From Caldilineales bacterium (lineage in GTDB: Bacteria; Chloroflexota; Anaerolineae; JAAEKA01): a DNA stretch of 58,498 nt. Position numbers and translations under genes: made by a program. Under the pieces are notes generated by a model. The model was not told where the DNA came from. It made no database searches and worked only from the letters and a program-made list of their open reading frames with translations. The stretch is taken from positions 1 through 58,498 of the forward strand of contig JANWYQ010000006.1 in NCBI GenBank assembly GCA_025055015.1. The letters are read 5' to 3'. Below, one piece after another: positions 47,599 through 56,376 of this stretch (its first letter is position 1; the number at the start of each line of letters is the position of its first letter).

Positions 47599-48516
47599 AT
47601 GAGCATCACCGCGATCACCCATCAGCGTCTCACGTGGGTCAACATCGTCAACCCCACTCAGGAGGACGTGGCCTATCTGCGCAAGCACTACAACTTCCAC
47701 CCTCTGGACCTGGAGGACGTGTTGAGCCAGAACGAGCGTCCCAAGATAGACGAGTACGACGACTACCTGTTCATCGTGATGCATTTCCCGGTCTTCGACC
47801 CGCAGCGGCAGCTCACGCGCTCCTGTGAGGTGGACTTCTTCATCGGCGCCGGCTATCTGATCACCATTCACGACGGCCAGCTCAAGCCGCTGAACCGGCT
47901 GTTCGAGGCCTGTCACGACGACGGGGTGGCGCGGGCGAAGCACATGGGCCGCGGGGCCGGCCGCCTGCTGTACTCCATCCTCGACAGCATGGTGGACTAC
48001 AACTTCGCCATCCTGCGCAAGGTGGACGCCAAGATCAAGGCCATCGAGGAGAACATGTTCACCGAGGACATGCGCACCATTGTGCAGAGCATCTCCTTGA
48101 TCCGCCGCGACATCATCGCCCTGCGCCGGGTGGTGAAGCCGCAGATCGCCATCGTCAGCAACCTGGAGCGCAAGGACCGCCCCTTTATCCAGGAGGAGCT
48201 GGACGTCTACTTCGGCGACATCGTGGACGGCTTCTCGCGGGCCTGGGACATCCTGGAGGACTACCGGGAGGTGATCGAGGGCCTCAGCGCCACGTCCGAC
48301 TCGGTGACCTCCTACCGCATCAACGACGTGATCCGGGTGTTGACGGTGATCTCCGTGATCATGCTGCCGCTGACGGTGATCACGGGGGTGTACGGCATGA
48401 ACCTGGAGTGGCTGCCGGCGGCCGACACGATCTACGGCTTCTTCATCGTCGTGGGCTTCATGGTGCTGGTGGCAGGGGGAATGCTGTTGTACTTCCGGCT
48501 GCGGGGGTTTATCTGA
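47599..48516 (+). CDS. corA: CorA-family Mg2+/Co2+ transporter (second paralog)
   Basis: YGMNLEWLPAADTIYGFFIVVGFMVLVAGGMLLYF with GMN motif. Start at MSITAITHQRLTWVNI. A consensus promoter lies 28 nt upstream. Confidence 0.85.
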   Translation: MSITAITHQRLTWVNIVNPTQEDVAYLRKHYNFHPLDLEDVLSQNERPKIDEYDDYLFIVMHFPVFDPQRQLTRSCEVDFFIGAGYLITIHDGQLKPLNRLFEACHDDGVARAKHMGRGAGRLLYSILDSMVDYNFAILRKVDAKIKAIEENMFTEDMRTIVQSISLIRRDIIALRRVVKPQIAIVSNLERKDRPFIQEELDVYFGDIVDGFSRAWDILEDYREVIEGLSATSDSVTSYRINDVIRVLTVISVIMLPLTVITGVYGMNLEWLPAADTIYGFFIVVGFMVLVAGGMLLYFRLRGFI

Positions 48517-48602
48517 GCGGGTCTCATGGCTGAGCACGGCACAGGTTACGGTGGGCGCCTGGGGGCGCCTGCTCCGCGACCGATGAGGGCACGCATCCCC
48601 CT

Positions 48603-49760
48603 ATGAGCCCCGCCCGCCACGCCCTTTCCCCGCCGATCCTGGTCGAGGACGCTGCCGGCTTGGCTGCGCTGCTGGAGCAGAGCCGTCGCGCGCTGGCCGT
48701 GGCCGTGGACACCGAGGCCAACAGCCTGTACGCGTACTACCCGCGCGTCTGCCTGATCCAGCTGTCCCTGCCCGGCGCGGATTTCATCGTGGACCCCCTG
48801 GCCGTGGACCCAGCGCCGCTGGCGGACCTGTTCGCCGATCCGGCCCTGCGCAAGATCTTCCACGCCGCCGAGAACGACATCCTAGGGCTGAAGCGCGACT
48901 TCGGCTTTCGCTTCGCCAACCTGTTCGACACGATGTTGGCCGCGCGCATCCTGGGCTGGCGGGAGGTCGGTCTGAGCAGCATCCTGGTCCGACACTTCGG
49001 CGTCAAGCTGGACAAGCGCATGCAGCGCACAGACTGGGGCCAGCGGCCGCTGCGGCCGGAGCAGCTCTCCTACGCCCAGCTCGACACCCACTTCTTGATC
49101 CCCCTGGCGGCGCTGCAGGAGGAGGAGCTGCGCCGCCGCGGGCGTTGGGCGGAGGCCGCCGAGGCCTTTGCCCGGCTGCCCGACCTGGAGGCCGTGCCCA
49201 AGGCCTTCGACGCGGAGAATTTCCGGCGCATCGGCGGCGCTCGTGACCTCACCCCCCGACAGCAGGCAGTGCTGCGAGAGCTCTACATCTTCCGGGAGGA
49301 GGAGGCGCGCCGGCTGGACCGGCCTCCCTTCAAGCTGTTCAGCGAGGCCCTGCTGGTGGCCCTGGCCACCGAGCAGCCCACGACCTTGGAACAGCTTGCC
49401 CGGACTCCAGGGGTGACCGAGCAGGTGCTGCGCCACTGGGGCCAGGGCCTGCTGGCGGCCATCGAGCGGGGCCGCCGGGCATCCCCGCCCAGGCCACCGG
49501 CACGCGAGGGCAACGGCAGCGGCCGGCCCGATCCCCAAACCCAGGCCCGCTACGAGGCCCTCCGCCGGTGGCGCGCCGCGCAGGCCGCCGCCCGCGGGGT
49601 GGACGTGGACGTGGTCCTCACCAACCAAACCCTGATGGCCATCGCCCAAGAGGCCCCCCGCACCGTGGAGGAGCTGGAAGCCCTGCAGCTGCTGGGGCCT
49701 GCCAAGCTGCAGGAGTACGGAGCAGAGATCGTGAGAGCGCTCTGGCCGCAGAGGCTGTAG
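48603..49760 (+). CDS. rnd: Ribonuclease D (DEDDy 3'-5' exonuclease + HRDC)
   Basis: AVAVDTEANSLYAYYPRVCLIQLS (Exo I), HAAENDILGL (Exo II), YAQLDTHFL (Exo III with Tyr). HRDC-like C-terminal region. Confidence 0.85.
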   Translation: MSPARHALSPPILVEDAAGLAALLEQSRRALAVAVDTEANSLYAYYPRVCLIQLSLPGADFIVDPLAVDPAPLADLFADPALRKIFHAAENDILGLKRDFGFRFANLFDTMLAARILGWREVGLSSILVRHFGVKLDKRMQRTDWGQRPLRPEQLSYAQLDTHFLIPLAALQEEELRRRGRWAEAAEAFARLPDLEAVPKAFDAENFRRIGGARDLTPRQQAVLRELYIFREEEARRLDRPPFKLFSEALLVALATEQPTTLEQLARTPGVTEQVLRHWGQGLLAAIERGRRASPPRPPAREGNGSGRPDPQTQARYEALRRWRAAQAAARGVDVDVVLTNQTLMAIAQEAPRTVEELEALQLLGPAKLQEYGAEIVRALWPQRL

Positions 49761-49827
49761 GGGGGCCGCCGCGGCAGGCCCCGCAACCGAGAGCCCCGAA
49801 GGAGGAACGGGGGAGGGGAAGCGCAGG

Positions 49828-52800
49828 CTAGGGGGTCACGGTGATCGTGGCCTGCCGCGCGTCTTTGACATCGTTGCCCTGCGCAACGACGACCAGCGTC
49901 TGCGCGCCGGCTGCTAAGCCGCGCAGCCGTAGGGGCACCAGGGCCACCTCGTTGGCCGGCACGGTGATGCGGTCGGCCGCCAGCTGCGCAGCGATTCCCG
50001 GCGAGGTCTGCCCGGTCAGCGACACCGCCAGGGGCTGCGCGCTGTAGTTGAAGATCTGAACCCCGACGATGGTTTCCTGGCCCACGGCCAGCTGAGAGGT
50101 CGGCAGGTCCAGGCCCAGGAAGAAGGGCTGGAACACCCGCAGGGGCGCCACCGCGCTGCCCAGCCGGCCGCTGCGGTCCACGGCCAGCGCCGTGATGCGC
50201 CAGGTGGTGATGGCGTCCCCCGTGGGGAGGCTCAGCTGCAGGCGGCCGTCCGGACCGGTGATGGCCTGGGGGTTCCAGTAGAGGGTCTGCGGGAAGCGTT
50301 CCCGCACGATGGGCAGCTGCGCCAGCGCATCGGGATCGGCGGGCTCAGGCGAGCGACGCCCAAGGCCAAAGGCCTCCAGGCCGATGACCGGCGCCGGCAG
50401 GGCCGGCTCGACGGCGGCCGCCGGCGCGGGCGGCGTTGGGAGCGGCGTGGCGGTCGGCTGCGGCGTGGGGAGGGACGTGGCCGTCGGCTCGAGGGTCGGC
50501 GCAGGAACGGCCGTGGGGGACGGCGTCTCGCCGGCGGCCGCGTGCGCCAGGGCGCGCTCCGGTGTCGGCTCGGCGGTGGCCTCCGGCTCGGCCGTCTCGG
50601 TGGGCGTCGGGGTTTCCGCCTCCACCGGCAGCGTCGGCGTGATCTCGGCCGCCGCCGTAACGGTGACCCCAGGGGCGGCCGCCATGGCTAGGGTGTCGGT
50701 GACCACGGCCAGCGCCTGGACCTCGGCGGTTTCCTCGACGGCGGCTGCAGCAACGGTCGCCTCAGCCTCCGGCTGGGCGGGCGCCATCACGGCCTCGACC
50801 GGGGCTCCCGGCGTCTCCTCGCCGGCGACCCTCGCCTCCTCTGCGGGCGGCGCAGCCGCCTGGGGGGCCATCTCGGGCGCCTCCTGCGCCGTGCTCTCGG
50901 CCGCCTGCTCGGCGACCATCGGGCTGACGCCGCCGGGGCGCAACGGCGCGGCGCAGCCGGCCAGCAGGCTCCCAGGCAGGCCGCCGGCCACGGGCGCCGT
51001 GACCTGCTCCATCAGGCGACCGCCGGCGCCGCCGACAACGGGCAGCGACAGCGCTAGCAGGACCAGCAGCAGCGCTATTGCCAGCGCCATGGCGCCAACA
51101 GACCGTCGGCCTTCCAGGCGCAGGCCCCAGCCCAACAGCAGCCAGCTGACTACGGCGGCCCCAAAGGCGATCCCCAGAGCCGCCACCCAGGCCGAGGACA
51201 GCTCGCCGCCCTGCCCGGCGGCGTAGGCCAGCAGCCCCAACCCCACGCCGAAGGCCAGGGTCAGCAGCACGGCGTACTGCGCGCGGCCGTCCCCGCGGCG
51301 CCAGGCGTAAGCGCCCAGCGCCGCCAAGGCCAGCAGCCAGAGGCCGCCGCTGACGACCAGCGCCGCCCAGGCTGCCGCCCCCGACAGCCTGCCGAGAAGA
51401 GCGGCCAACCCCGCTCCTACGACGCTGAGGACCAGCAGCGTAGCCAGGCTGCGGGCGGCGGCCCGGCCCAAGAGGCCCTCGCGGCGCAGGCCGGCCAGCA
51501 CGACCAGGCTCAGGGCTGCGGCTGCGGCGATGGACGCCAGGCCAAGGCCGAGGCTAAGGCGGCTAAAGGCTGCCACCCGGGCGCGGTTCACCTGGGACGG
51601 CGTCTCCGTGTCAACCGCCTGCACGGCCAGGGTGTAGGGCTGGCCGGTGTAAGCTGCCCAACTGGCGCGGGCGATCTGCTGCTGCGCCTGCTCGAGGCTG
51701 GACGCGGCCGCCACACCCGCCTCGCGCAGCGCCTCGTCCAACAGGAAGTAGGCGCGCGCGAAGCCGGGCTGGTAGTCCCGCTGGGCAAAGGTCGCCTCGT
51801 TGACCACCGCCAGGCCCAGGGCAGCCTCCACCGGCCGGCCGTCGGCCGCCGATTGCACCTGCGCCGAGAGGATGGCCTCCTCGCCGGGGCGGTACTCGGG
51901 TCGGTCGGTGGCCAGCTCTACCCGCAGCGCCTCCGGCGCATCCACGACGATGACCCGGCTGTCCCGCAGCGCGCGGCTGTCGCTGCCCACCGCGTAGGCG
52001 TTGAGCTCCAGGGTGCCCGCCAGCTCTGGCGTGAGGTCCAGGGCGAAGGTGGCCTTGCCGTCCTGCACCGGGGCCGACTGGGTGAGCACCAGCTGGCCGG
52101 CCTTGATCACGTCCAGGAAGACGGCGCTGGCCGGGCCGGCCGACAGCGCCTCGACGGCTGCAGTGTCGCCCACGGCGTAGATCGCCCGGTCGGTGCGCAG
52201 GAGGAGCACCTCGCGCGCCCGGTCCAGCGGCAGGGTCAGCTCAGCGCGGGCCTCGCGGCCGGCAGCGTCGGCGGCGGTGATGCGCAGGGTGCGGGCGCCG
52301 ACGTCGCCCTGCCGCGGGGTGTAGCGCACCTCGGCGATGCCGGCGGCAGAGGTGACCACGGGCATGGGGGCGGCGTCGCCGATCTGCACCTGCAGCGTGG
52401 CCGCAGTGGGCTGGCCGTCGGGATAGCTGGTGAGGATGAAGAGCAGGTTCTCGACCCCGCTGCGCAGGGTGCCGCCCTCCGGCACGGCGGCGATGAGGAT
52501 GGGCTGGCGGGCCAGGGCCAGCTTCTGCCAGCCGAACTCGCTCTGGCCGAGGCTGTCCACCACCGTCGCCTCTAGGTCCAGGGCCAGGGTGGTCTCCGGC
52601 TCGCCGGGCTGCCGGGCGGCAAAGAACGCAGCCGGCAGCTCGGGCAGCTCTACCCGGAAGGAGAAGCGCCCCGCGGCGTCGGTGCGGCCTGTGACCTCCC
52701 GGCGGACGACCACCGGGTCGGCGGCATCGGCGGCCTCGCGCGGGCGGCTCACCAGCACCCGCAGGGTGACGGCGGCGTCGGCCACCGGCCGGCCGAAGAA

Positions 52801-53877
52801 GTAGGCAGCGTCCACCGTGCCCGCCACAGCCTGGCCGGACAGGTAGAAGGGCTGGTCGGCCCGCACGTCCACGCGGAACGCCGGCAGGTCGGCCTGGCTC
52901 ACTTGCACCGTGCGCTCGGAGACGGTGTCGCCCAGGACGGCCCGCAGCCGGTAGGCGCCCTCCGGGGCGTCGGCGGCCAGCGCAAGGTCCACGGCCGCAA
53001 TGCCGAAGTCGGAGGCTCGCACCTCCTGGCCGAGCAGGGCGGCTCCCTGGGGATCGAAGGCCTCGAAGCGGACGAGCGCATCGGCCGCCGGCCGTTGGTC
53101 TACGGCGCCCAGGGCCAGGGTGCGCAGGTGCACCGTCTCGCCGGGCCGGTAGACCGGGCGGTCGCTGCTGAGCAGGAGGCGGTAGGTGCGGGCCAGGCGG
53201 ATCGGCGCGGTCACCTCGGCGGCACCCAGGTCGCTGTCGGCCTCCACCACCAGCTCAGCGTCCCCCTGCCACTCCTCTGGCACGCGGAACTGCACAGGGA
53301 GGGAGCCAGTGGCGTCGGTGTTGCCGGCGAAGACCGTTCGGGCCAGGCCGGCCTGGCGCAGGCTGACATCTACCCGGGCGTTGGCGAGGGGTTGGCCGCT
53401 GGCGTTGTCGCGCACGGCCACGCGCACGGCCGCGGTGGACCCCGGCGTGAAGGTGCTCTGGCCCAGCACCAGCAGCTCCTGGGCGCCGGCCTGGTAGGGC
53501 AGCCGGGACGCGTTGAGGGTGAGCACCACGAAGAAGAGGGCCATGGCGGGGATGGCGGCCTGGGTCAGCGGACGGAGGAGGCTGCGCAGGCCGAGCTGGA
53601 GGGCCTGCCACCAGCCCGGCTGCGGGCCGCGCGACGCCTGGCGCGCGCGCTCGGCAGCCAGCGCGCTGCGGATGCGCTGTTCCGCTGCGGGCGCCAGCCG
53701 CGTGGTTGCGTAAGCGGCCGCTATCGTGCGCGTCAGGCCGGCCTGCAAGCTTTGCAGCTCGTCCAGAGCGGCGCGGCAGGCCGCACAGCGGGCCAGATGC
53801 GCCTCGACGGACTGCACCTCCGCCGGGCTCAGCTCACCGTCCAGGTAAGCCAGCAGGTGTTCTTCGACGTGGGCCAT
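49828..53877 (-). CDS. Anti-sigma factor (zf-HC2) fused to an alpha-2-macroglobulin-like MG-domain extracytoplasmic protein with internal 6-TM block and Pro/Thr/Glu-rich linker
   Basis: N-terminus MAHVEEHLLAYLDGELSPAEVQSVEAHLARCAACRAAL (HxxxCxxC anti-sigma zinc finger), then TM. Repeated MG-type domains with YRPGETVHLR / EYRPGEEAILSA. Six hydrophobic helices. Acidic PT-rich linker. C-terminal domain with FPQTLYWNP (the A2M FPEtwlW motif). No CGEQ thioester motif was seen. Confidence 0.7.
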   Translation of the reverse strand: MAHVEEHLLAYLDGELSPAEVQSVEAHLARCAACRAALDELQSLQAGLTRTIAAAYATTRLAPAAEQRIRSALAAERARQASRGPQPGWWQALQLGLRSLLRPLTQAAIPAMALFFVVLTLNASRLPYQAGAQELLVLGQSTFTPGSTAAVRVAVRDNASGQPLANARVDVSLRQAGLARTVFAGNTDATGSLPVQFRVPEEWQGDAELVVEADSDLGAAEVTAPIRLARTYRLLLSSDRPVYRPGETVHLRTLALGAVDQRPAADALVRFEAFDPQGAALLGQEVRASDFGIAAVDLALAADAPEGAYRLRAVLGDTVSERTVQVSQADLPAFRVDVRADQPFYLSGQAVAGTVDAAYFFGRPVADAAVTLRVLVSRPREAADAADPVVVRREVTGRTDAAGRFSFRVELPELPAAFFAARQPGEPETTLALDLEATVVDSLGQSEFGWQKLALARQPILIAAVPEGGTLRSGVENLLFILTSYPDGQPTAATLQVQIGDAAPMPVVTSAAGIAEVRYTPRQGDVGARTLRITAADAAGREARAELTLPLDRAREVLLLRTDRAIYAVGDTAAVEALSAGPASAVFLDVIKAGQLVLTQSAPVQDGKATFALDLTPELAGTLELNAYAVGSDSRALRDSRVIVVDAPEALRVELATDRPEYRPGEEAILSAQVQSAADGRPVEAALGLAVVNEATFAQRDYQPGFARAYFLLDEALREAGVAAASSLEQAQQQIARASWAAYTGQPYTLAVQAVDTETPSQVNRARVAAFSRLSLGLGLASIAAAAALSLVVLAGLRREGLLGRAAARSLATLLVLSVVGAGLAALLGRLSGAAAWAALVVSGGLWLLALAALGAYAWRRGDGRAQYAVLLTLAFGVGLGLLAYAAGQGGELSSAWVAALGIAFGAAVVSWLLLGWGLRLEGRRSVGAMALAIALLLVLLALSLPVVGGAGGRLMEQVTAPVAGGLPGSLLAGCAAPLRPGGVSPMVAEQAAESTAQEAPEMAPQAAAPPAEEARVAGEETPGAPVEAVMAPAQPEAEATVAAAAVEETAEVQALAVVTDTLAMAAAPGVTVTAAAEITPTLPVEAETPTPTETAEPEATAEPTPERALAHAAAGETPSPTAVPAPTLEPTATSLPTPQPTATPLPTPPAPAAAVEPALPAPVIGLEAFGLGRRSPEPADPDALAQLPIVRERFPQTLYWNPQAITGPDGRLQLSLPTGDAITTWRITALAVDRSGRLGSAVAPLRVFQPFFLGLDLPTSQLAVGQETIVGVQIFNYSAQPLAVSLTGQTSPGIAAQLAADRITVPANEVALVPLRLRGLAAGAQTLVVVAQGNDVKDARQATITVTP

Positions 53878-53925
53878 GTAGCACGTGAATGGAGGGCGCC
53901 GGACGGTCCATGTCCACCCTTGCGG

Positions 53926-54609
53926 TCAGCTCGCCAAGAGCAGCAGGAGCAGCGTGGGCAAGGAGCGGGCAGGGGCCAGATCGGGCGCTTCCGCCAAAAG
54001 GATCTCCTTGAGCTTCTTGTGGGCGTTGAAGAGGCGCGACTTGACGGTGCCAACGCTGATGTTGAGGGCCTCCGCGATCTCCTCGTAGGAGAGCTCGTGG
54101 CCGTAGCGCAGCAGCACCACCTCGCGGTGGACGTCGCCCAGCCGGTTCACCGCGCGCCAGAGCCGGGCTCGCTCCTCCCCGCGCAGCGCCAGCGTCTCGG
54201 GGTCGGCGTCCACCTGGCCGGTGAGGGCTCCGTCCGACGCCTCGCCCTCCACCTCCAGCCGCTCCAGCTTCTCCTCCATCTCGTCCCAGTCCGCGGAGGG
54301 GAGGGTCTTGCGGCGGAGGCGGGTCTTGCAGCGGTTGACGGTGACGCGGTAGAGCCAGGTCTCGAAGCGGGCGGCGCCCTCGACGTCGTAGCGCTGGAGG
54401 CCGCGCATGACGTCAATGAAGGCCTCCTGGGTGGCTTCCTCGGCGGCGTCGCTGTTGCGCAGGGTCATGAAGGCGATGCGGTACACGTAGTCCTTGTAGC
54501 GCTCGAACAGCGCGTCGAACGCGGCCGACTGGCCGGCTTGATAGCGCCGGATCAACTCGTCGGTGGAGAGGCCGACGGGCTTAGGCTTGCTGCGGGCTGC
54601 GGCTACGTC
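53926..54609 (-). CDS. ECF-subfamily RNA polymerase sigma-70 factor
   Basis: Region 2 (LIRRYQAGQSAAFDALFERYKDYVYRIAF...EATQEAFIDVMRGLQRYD) and region 4 (LSYEEIAEALNISVGTVKSRL). Start set to GTG at 54609. The track ORF extends to 54780, but the extra 57 codons are Pro-rich translation of a CT-rich leader that contains a promoter. Confidence 0.8.
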   Translation of the reverse strand, partial: DVAAARSKPKPVGLSTDELIRRYQAGQSAAFDALFERYKDYVYRIAFMTLRNSDAAEEATQEAFIDVMRGLQRYDVEGAARFETWLYRVTVNRCKTRLRRKTLPSADWDEMEEKLERLEVEGEASDGALTGQVDADPETLALRGEERARLWRAVNRLGDVHREVVLLRYGHELSYEEIAEALNISVGTVKSRLFNAHKKLKEILLAEAPDLAPARSLPTLLLLLLAS

Positions 54610-54682
54610 CGAGGGCACCGGTGCGTACCTCTGTGCCTGGCGATTACATGCGAAAGGAGGGGGATTTGTTCGCGCCGGTGCA

Positions 54683-54711
54683 AGTGTAGCGTTTTGGGAG
54701 GAGGGTGTCAA
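54683..54711 (-). promoter_or_regulatory. Sigma70-type promoter for the ECF sigma/anti-sigma operon: TTGACA-17-TACACT
   Basis: Reverse complement reads TTGACAccctcctcccaaaacgcTACACT, about 70 nt upstream of the GTG at 54609. It is preceded by a polypyrimidine (CT-rich) tract at 54712-54780. Confidence 0.4.
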
Positions 54712-54816
54712 GTGCGGGGTGGGAAGAGGGGAAGGGAAGAAAGATAGGAGAAGAGGGGGCTGCCGGAAGTAAGCGGTCAAGCGGTCTCCCTTGTCGGATC
54801 AAGATTTGCCTCGCAC

Positions 54817-54876
54817 GGTTCACTGTTTACCGTTCACCGGTCACCGATAACTGATCACCGCTCACCGATCGCCGCC
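54817..54876. repeat. TCACCG/GGTnACC-rich short dispersed repeat, copy 2
   Basis: ggttcactgtttaccgttcaccGGTCACCGATaactgatcaccgctcaccgatcgcc. It covers the last codons and stop of the GT1 gene and lies upstream of the ECF sigma leader. Confidence 0.5.
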
Positions 54877-56189
54877 TCAAGCAGCTCCACCATGCGCGCC
54901 ACGCGGTGGTCCCACGTGTTGGCTGCCGCGAAGGCCTGGCGCCGGGCGGCGCGGTCCGGGTCGTCGGCCTCGGCCAGGGCCGCCTCCACGGCGGCGATGA
55001 AGCTCTCGGCGTCGGTCTGGCCGGCCGGACGACCAGGCTCCGGCCACTGCCCTGCGGCGATGTGGACGAGGTCGCCGAACTGAGCCAGCTCCGGCAGCGC
55101 CGTGCCCACCACGGGCTTGCCCACGGCCAGGTACTCGTAGGCCTTGAGGGGGTTGACGTGGCGGGTCTGTTCGGTCAAGCGGTAGGGGATCAGGCCCACG
55201 TCGCAGGCTGCGATCACGGCCGGGGCGTCCTCCGGCGGCACCGGGCCCAGGAAGTGGACGTTGGGCAGGCTGCGCAGCTGCGCCAGCTCTTCAGGGTCCA
55301 GGCCATAGCCCAGGGGGCCCACCAGGGCCACGGTCCAGGCGGGACGGCGGCGAGCGGCCTCGGCCAGCAGGGCCAGGTCCACCTTGGCGTTGATGCCGCC
55401 CACCACGCCCAGGATGGGCGGGGGCAGGTGGGCGAGCAGGGGCGACGGCCGGGCCCCGCGAAAGGCCTCGAAGTCCACCGCGTTGGGCAAGTAGTAGGTG
55501 TGCGGGTTGAGGGGCCGCCGCGCCTCCACCAGGCTTTGGGCGGTGCAGAAGACCAGGTCGGCGCGGGCGGTGAGCCGGCGGTCCAGCTCCCGTTGGCGCT
55601 CCGCCTGGGCGGGCGACAGGTTGGGATAGGCGCTGTACTCGTCCACTACGTGGTAGACCACCAGGCTGGGGCGCAGGCGGTCAATCCACTCCTGCCTGCC
55701 GGGGCGGAAGAGCCAGAGGATCGGTGAACGGTGAGCGGCGCGCGGCGAACAGTGCTCGGCCGTCGGTGACCGATCACCGATCACCGACAACTGATCACTG
55801 GATTGTAGCCAGCGCAGCGCAGATTGGAGGCGACGATGGCGCAGCGCAGCGGTGACGGCGCCGAGCAGGGGCGCGCCGGTGACGGGGGCCAGGGGAGACC
55901 AAGAGAACCGGTAGAGGCCGGGGGCGAGGCTGGTGAGCTTTGGCTGGGTGAGGGGCGGCGCCTGGCCGCGGCGCAGAGCCTGCAGCAGGGGGCGCAGGTA
56001 GGGCTCCTCGCTGACGTAGAGCACCGGCGTCAGCCGCGCCAGCCGCCGCGCGATCTGCGGCTTGTCCTGCCACAGCGCGGTGGGCGGGTCGGGGGTGAAG
56101 AAGAGGATGGGCGGGAGGGAGGTCAAAGGCCGGTCCTCGGACAAGGCTTCTGGGCCGATTGTAGCACGGGGGGAAGCGGGGCACAACAC
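54855..56189 (-). CDS. Glycosyltransferase family 1 (GT-B, GT4-like) protein carrying an in-frame repeat-element insertion
   Basis: C-terminal GT1 domain (ILGVVGGINAKVDLALL...NVHFLGPVPPEDAPAVIAACDVGLIPY...NPLKAYEYLAVGKPVV). The N-domain begins ILFFTPDPP. A 21-aa segment (SSDQLSVIGDRSPTAEHCSPR) is encoded by a copy of the TCACCG repeat. Confidence 0.7.
   Translation of the reverse strand: MLCPASPRATIGPEALSEDRPLTSLPPILFFTPDPPTALWQDKPQIARRLARLTPVLYVSEEPYLRPLLQALRRGQAPPLTQPKLTSLAPGLYRFSWSPLAPVTGAPLLGAVTAALRHRRLQSALRWLQSSDQLSVIGDRSPTAEHCSPRAAHRSPILWLFRPGRQEWIDRLRPSLVVYHVVDEYSAYPNLSPAQAERQRELDRRLTARADLVFCTAQSLVEARRPLNPHTYYLPNAVDFEAFRGARPSPLLAHLPPPILGVVGGINAKVDLALLAEAARRRPAWTVALVGPLGYGLDPEELAQLRSLPNVHFLGPVPPEDAPAVIAACDVGLIPYRLTEQTRHVNPLKAYEYLAVGKPVVGTALPELAQFGDLVHIAAGQWPEPGRPAGQTDAESFIAAVEAALAEADDPDRAARRQAFAAANTWDHRVARMVELLEAAIGER
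55721..55800. repeat. TCACCG/GGTnACC-rich short dispersed repeat, copy 3 (in-frame inside the GT1 CDS)
   Basis: tcggtgaacggtgagcggcgcgcggcgaacagtgctcggccgtcGGTGACCGATcaccgatcaccgacaactgatcactgg. It shares caccgaYaactgatcacYg with copy 2 and cGGTnACCGAT with copies 1-2. Confidence 0.5.
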
Positions 56190-56290
56190 CGGGGACGGTG
56201 ACTTAGGGCGGGGGACGGCCTATCGGCTCAGCGACGAGCAGGTCGCGCTCGTTGGCACAACACCGGGGACGGTGACTTGGGGCGGGGGAC
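56180..56290 (+). repeat. 37-bp direct repeat x2 separated by a 37-bp spacer (1 mismatch between copies)
   Basis: GGCACAACACCGGGGACGGTGACTT(A/G)GGGCGGGGGAC at 56180-56216 and 56254-56290. The spacer contains a small palindrome (GCGACGAGCaggtcGCGCTCGT). It sits in the divergent GT1/SPFH intergenic region. Confidence 0.6.
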
Positions 56291-56345
56291 CCTCGTCGGC
56301 TGCAGGGCTGGGGCGACCGCTGGGCCGCGCGGCGACCATCGGCTT

Positions 56346-56376
56346 TTGGTGGCCCGTGCTGTGCTTGTGATATAAT
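56346..56376 (+). promoter_or_regulatory. Extended -10 promoter (TGaTATAAT) for the SPFH gene
   Basis: ttggtggcccgtgctgtgcttgTGaTATAAT. Predicted 5' UTR about 120 nt. Confidence 0.45.

Noticed and set aside
47479-48537. 352-aa minus ORF
   Set aside because: Antisense to the second corA.
52903-54747. 614-aa plus ORF and 50309..51226 (+)
   Set aside because: Antisense to the anti-sigma/A2M-like gene and the ECF sigma gene.
54906-56201. ORFs 54906..55727 (+), 55824..56201 (+), 55795..56184 (-)
   Set aside because: Alternate frames of the GT1 gene.
56180-56290. CRISPR array
   Set aside because: Only two repeat copies with one spacer. No cas genes anywhere in the window. The location fits promoter-upstream repeats better. 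Recorded as a direct repeat, not CRISPR.
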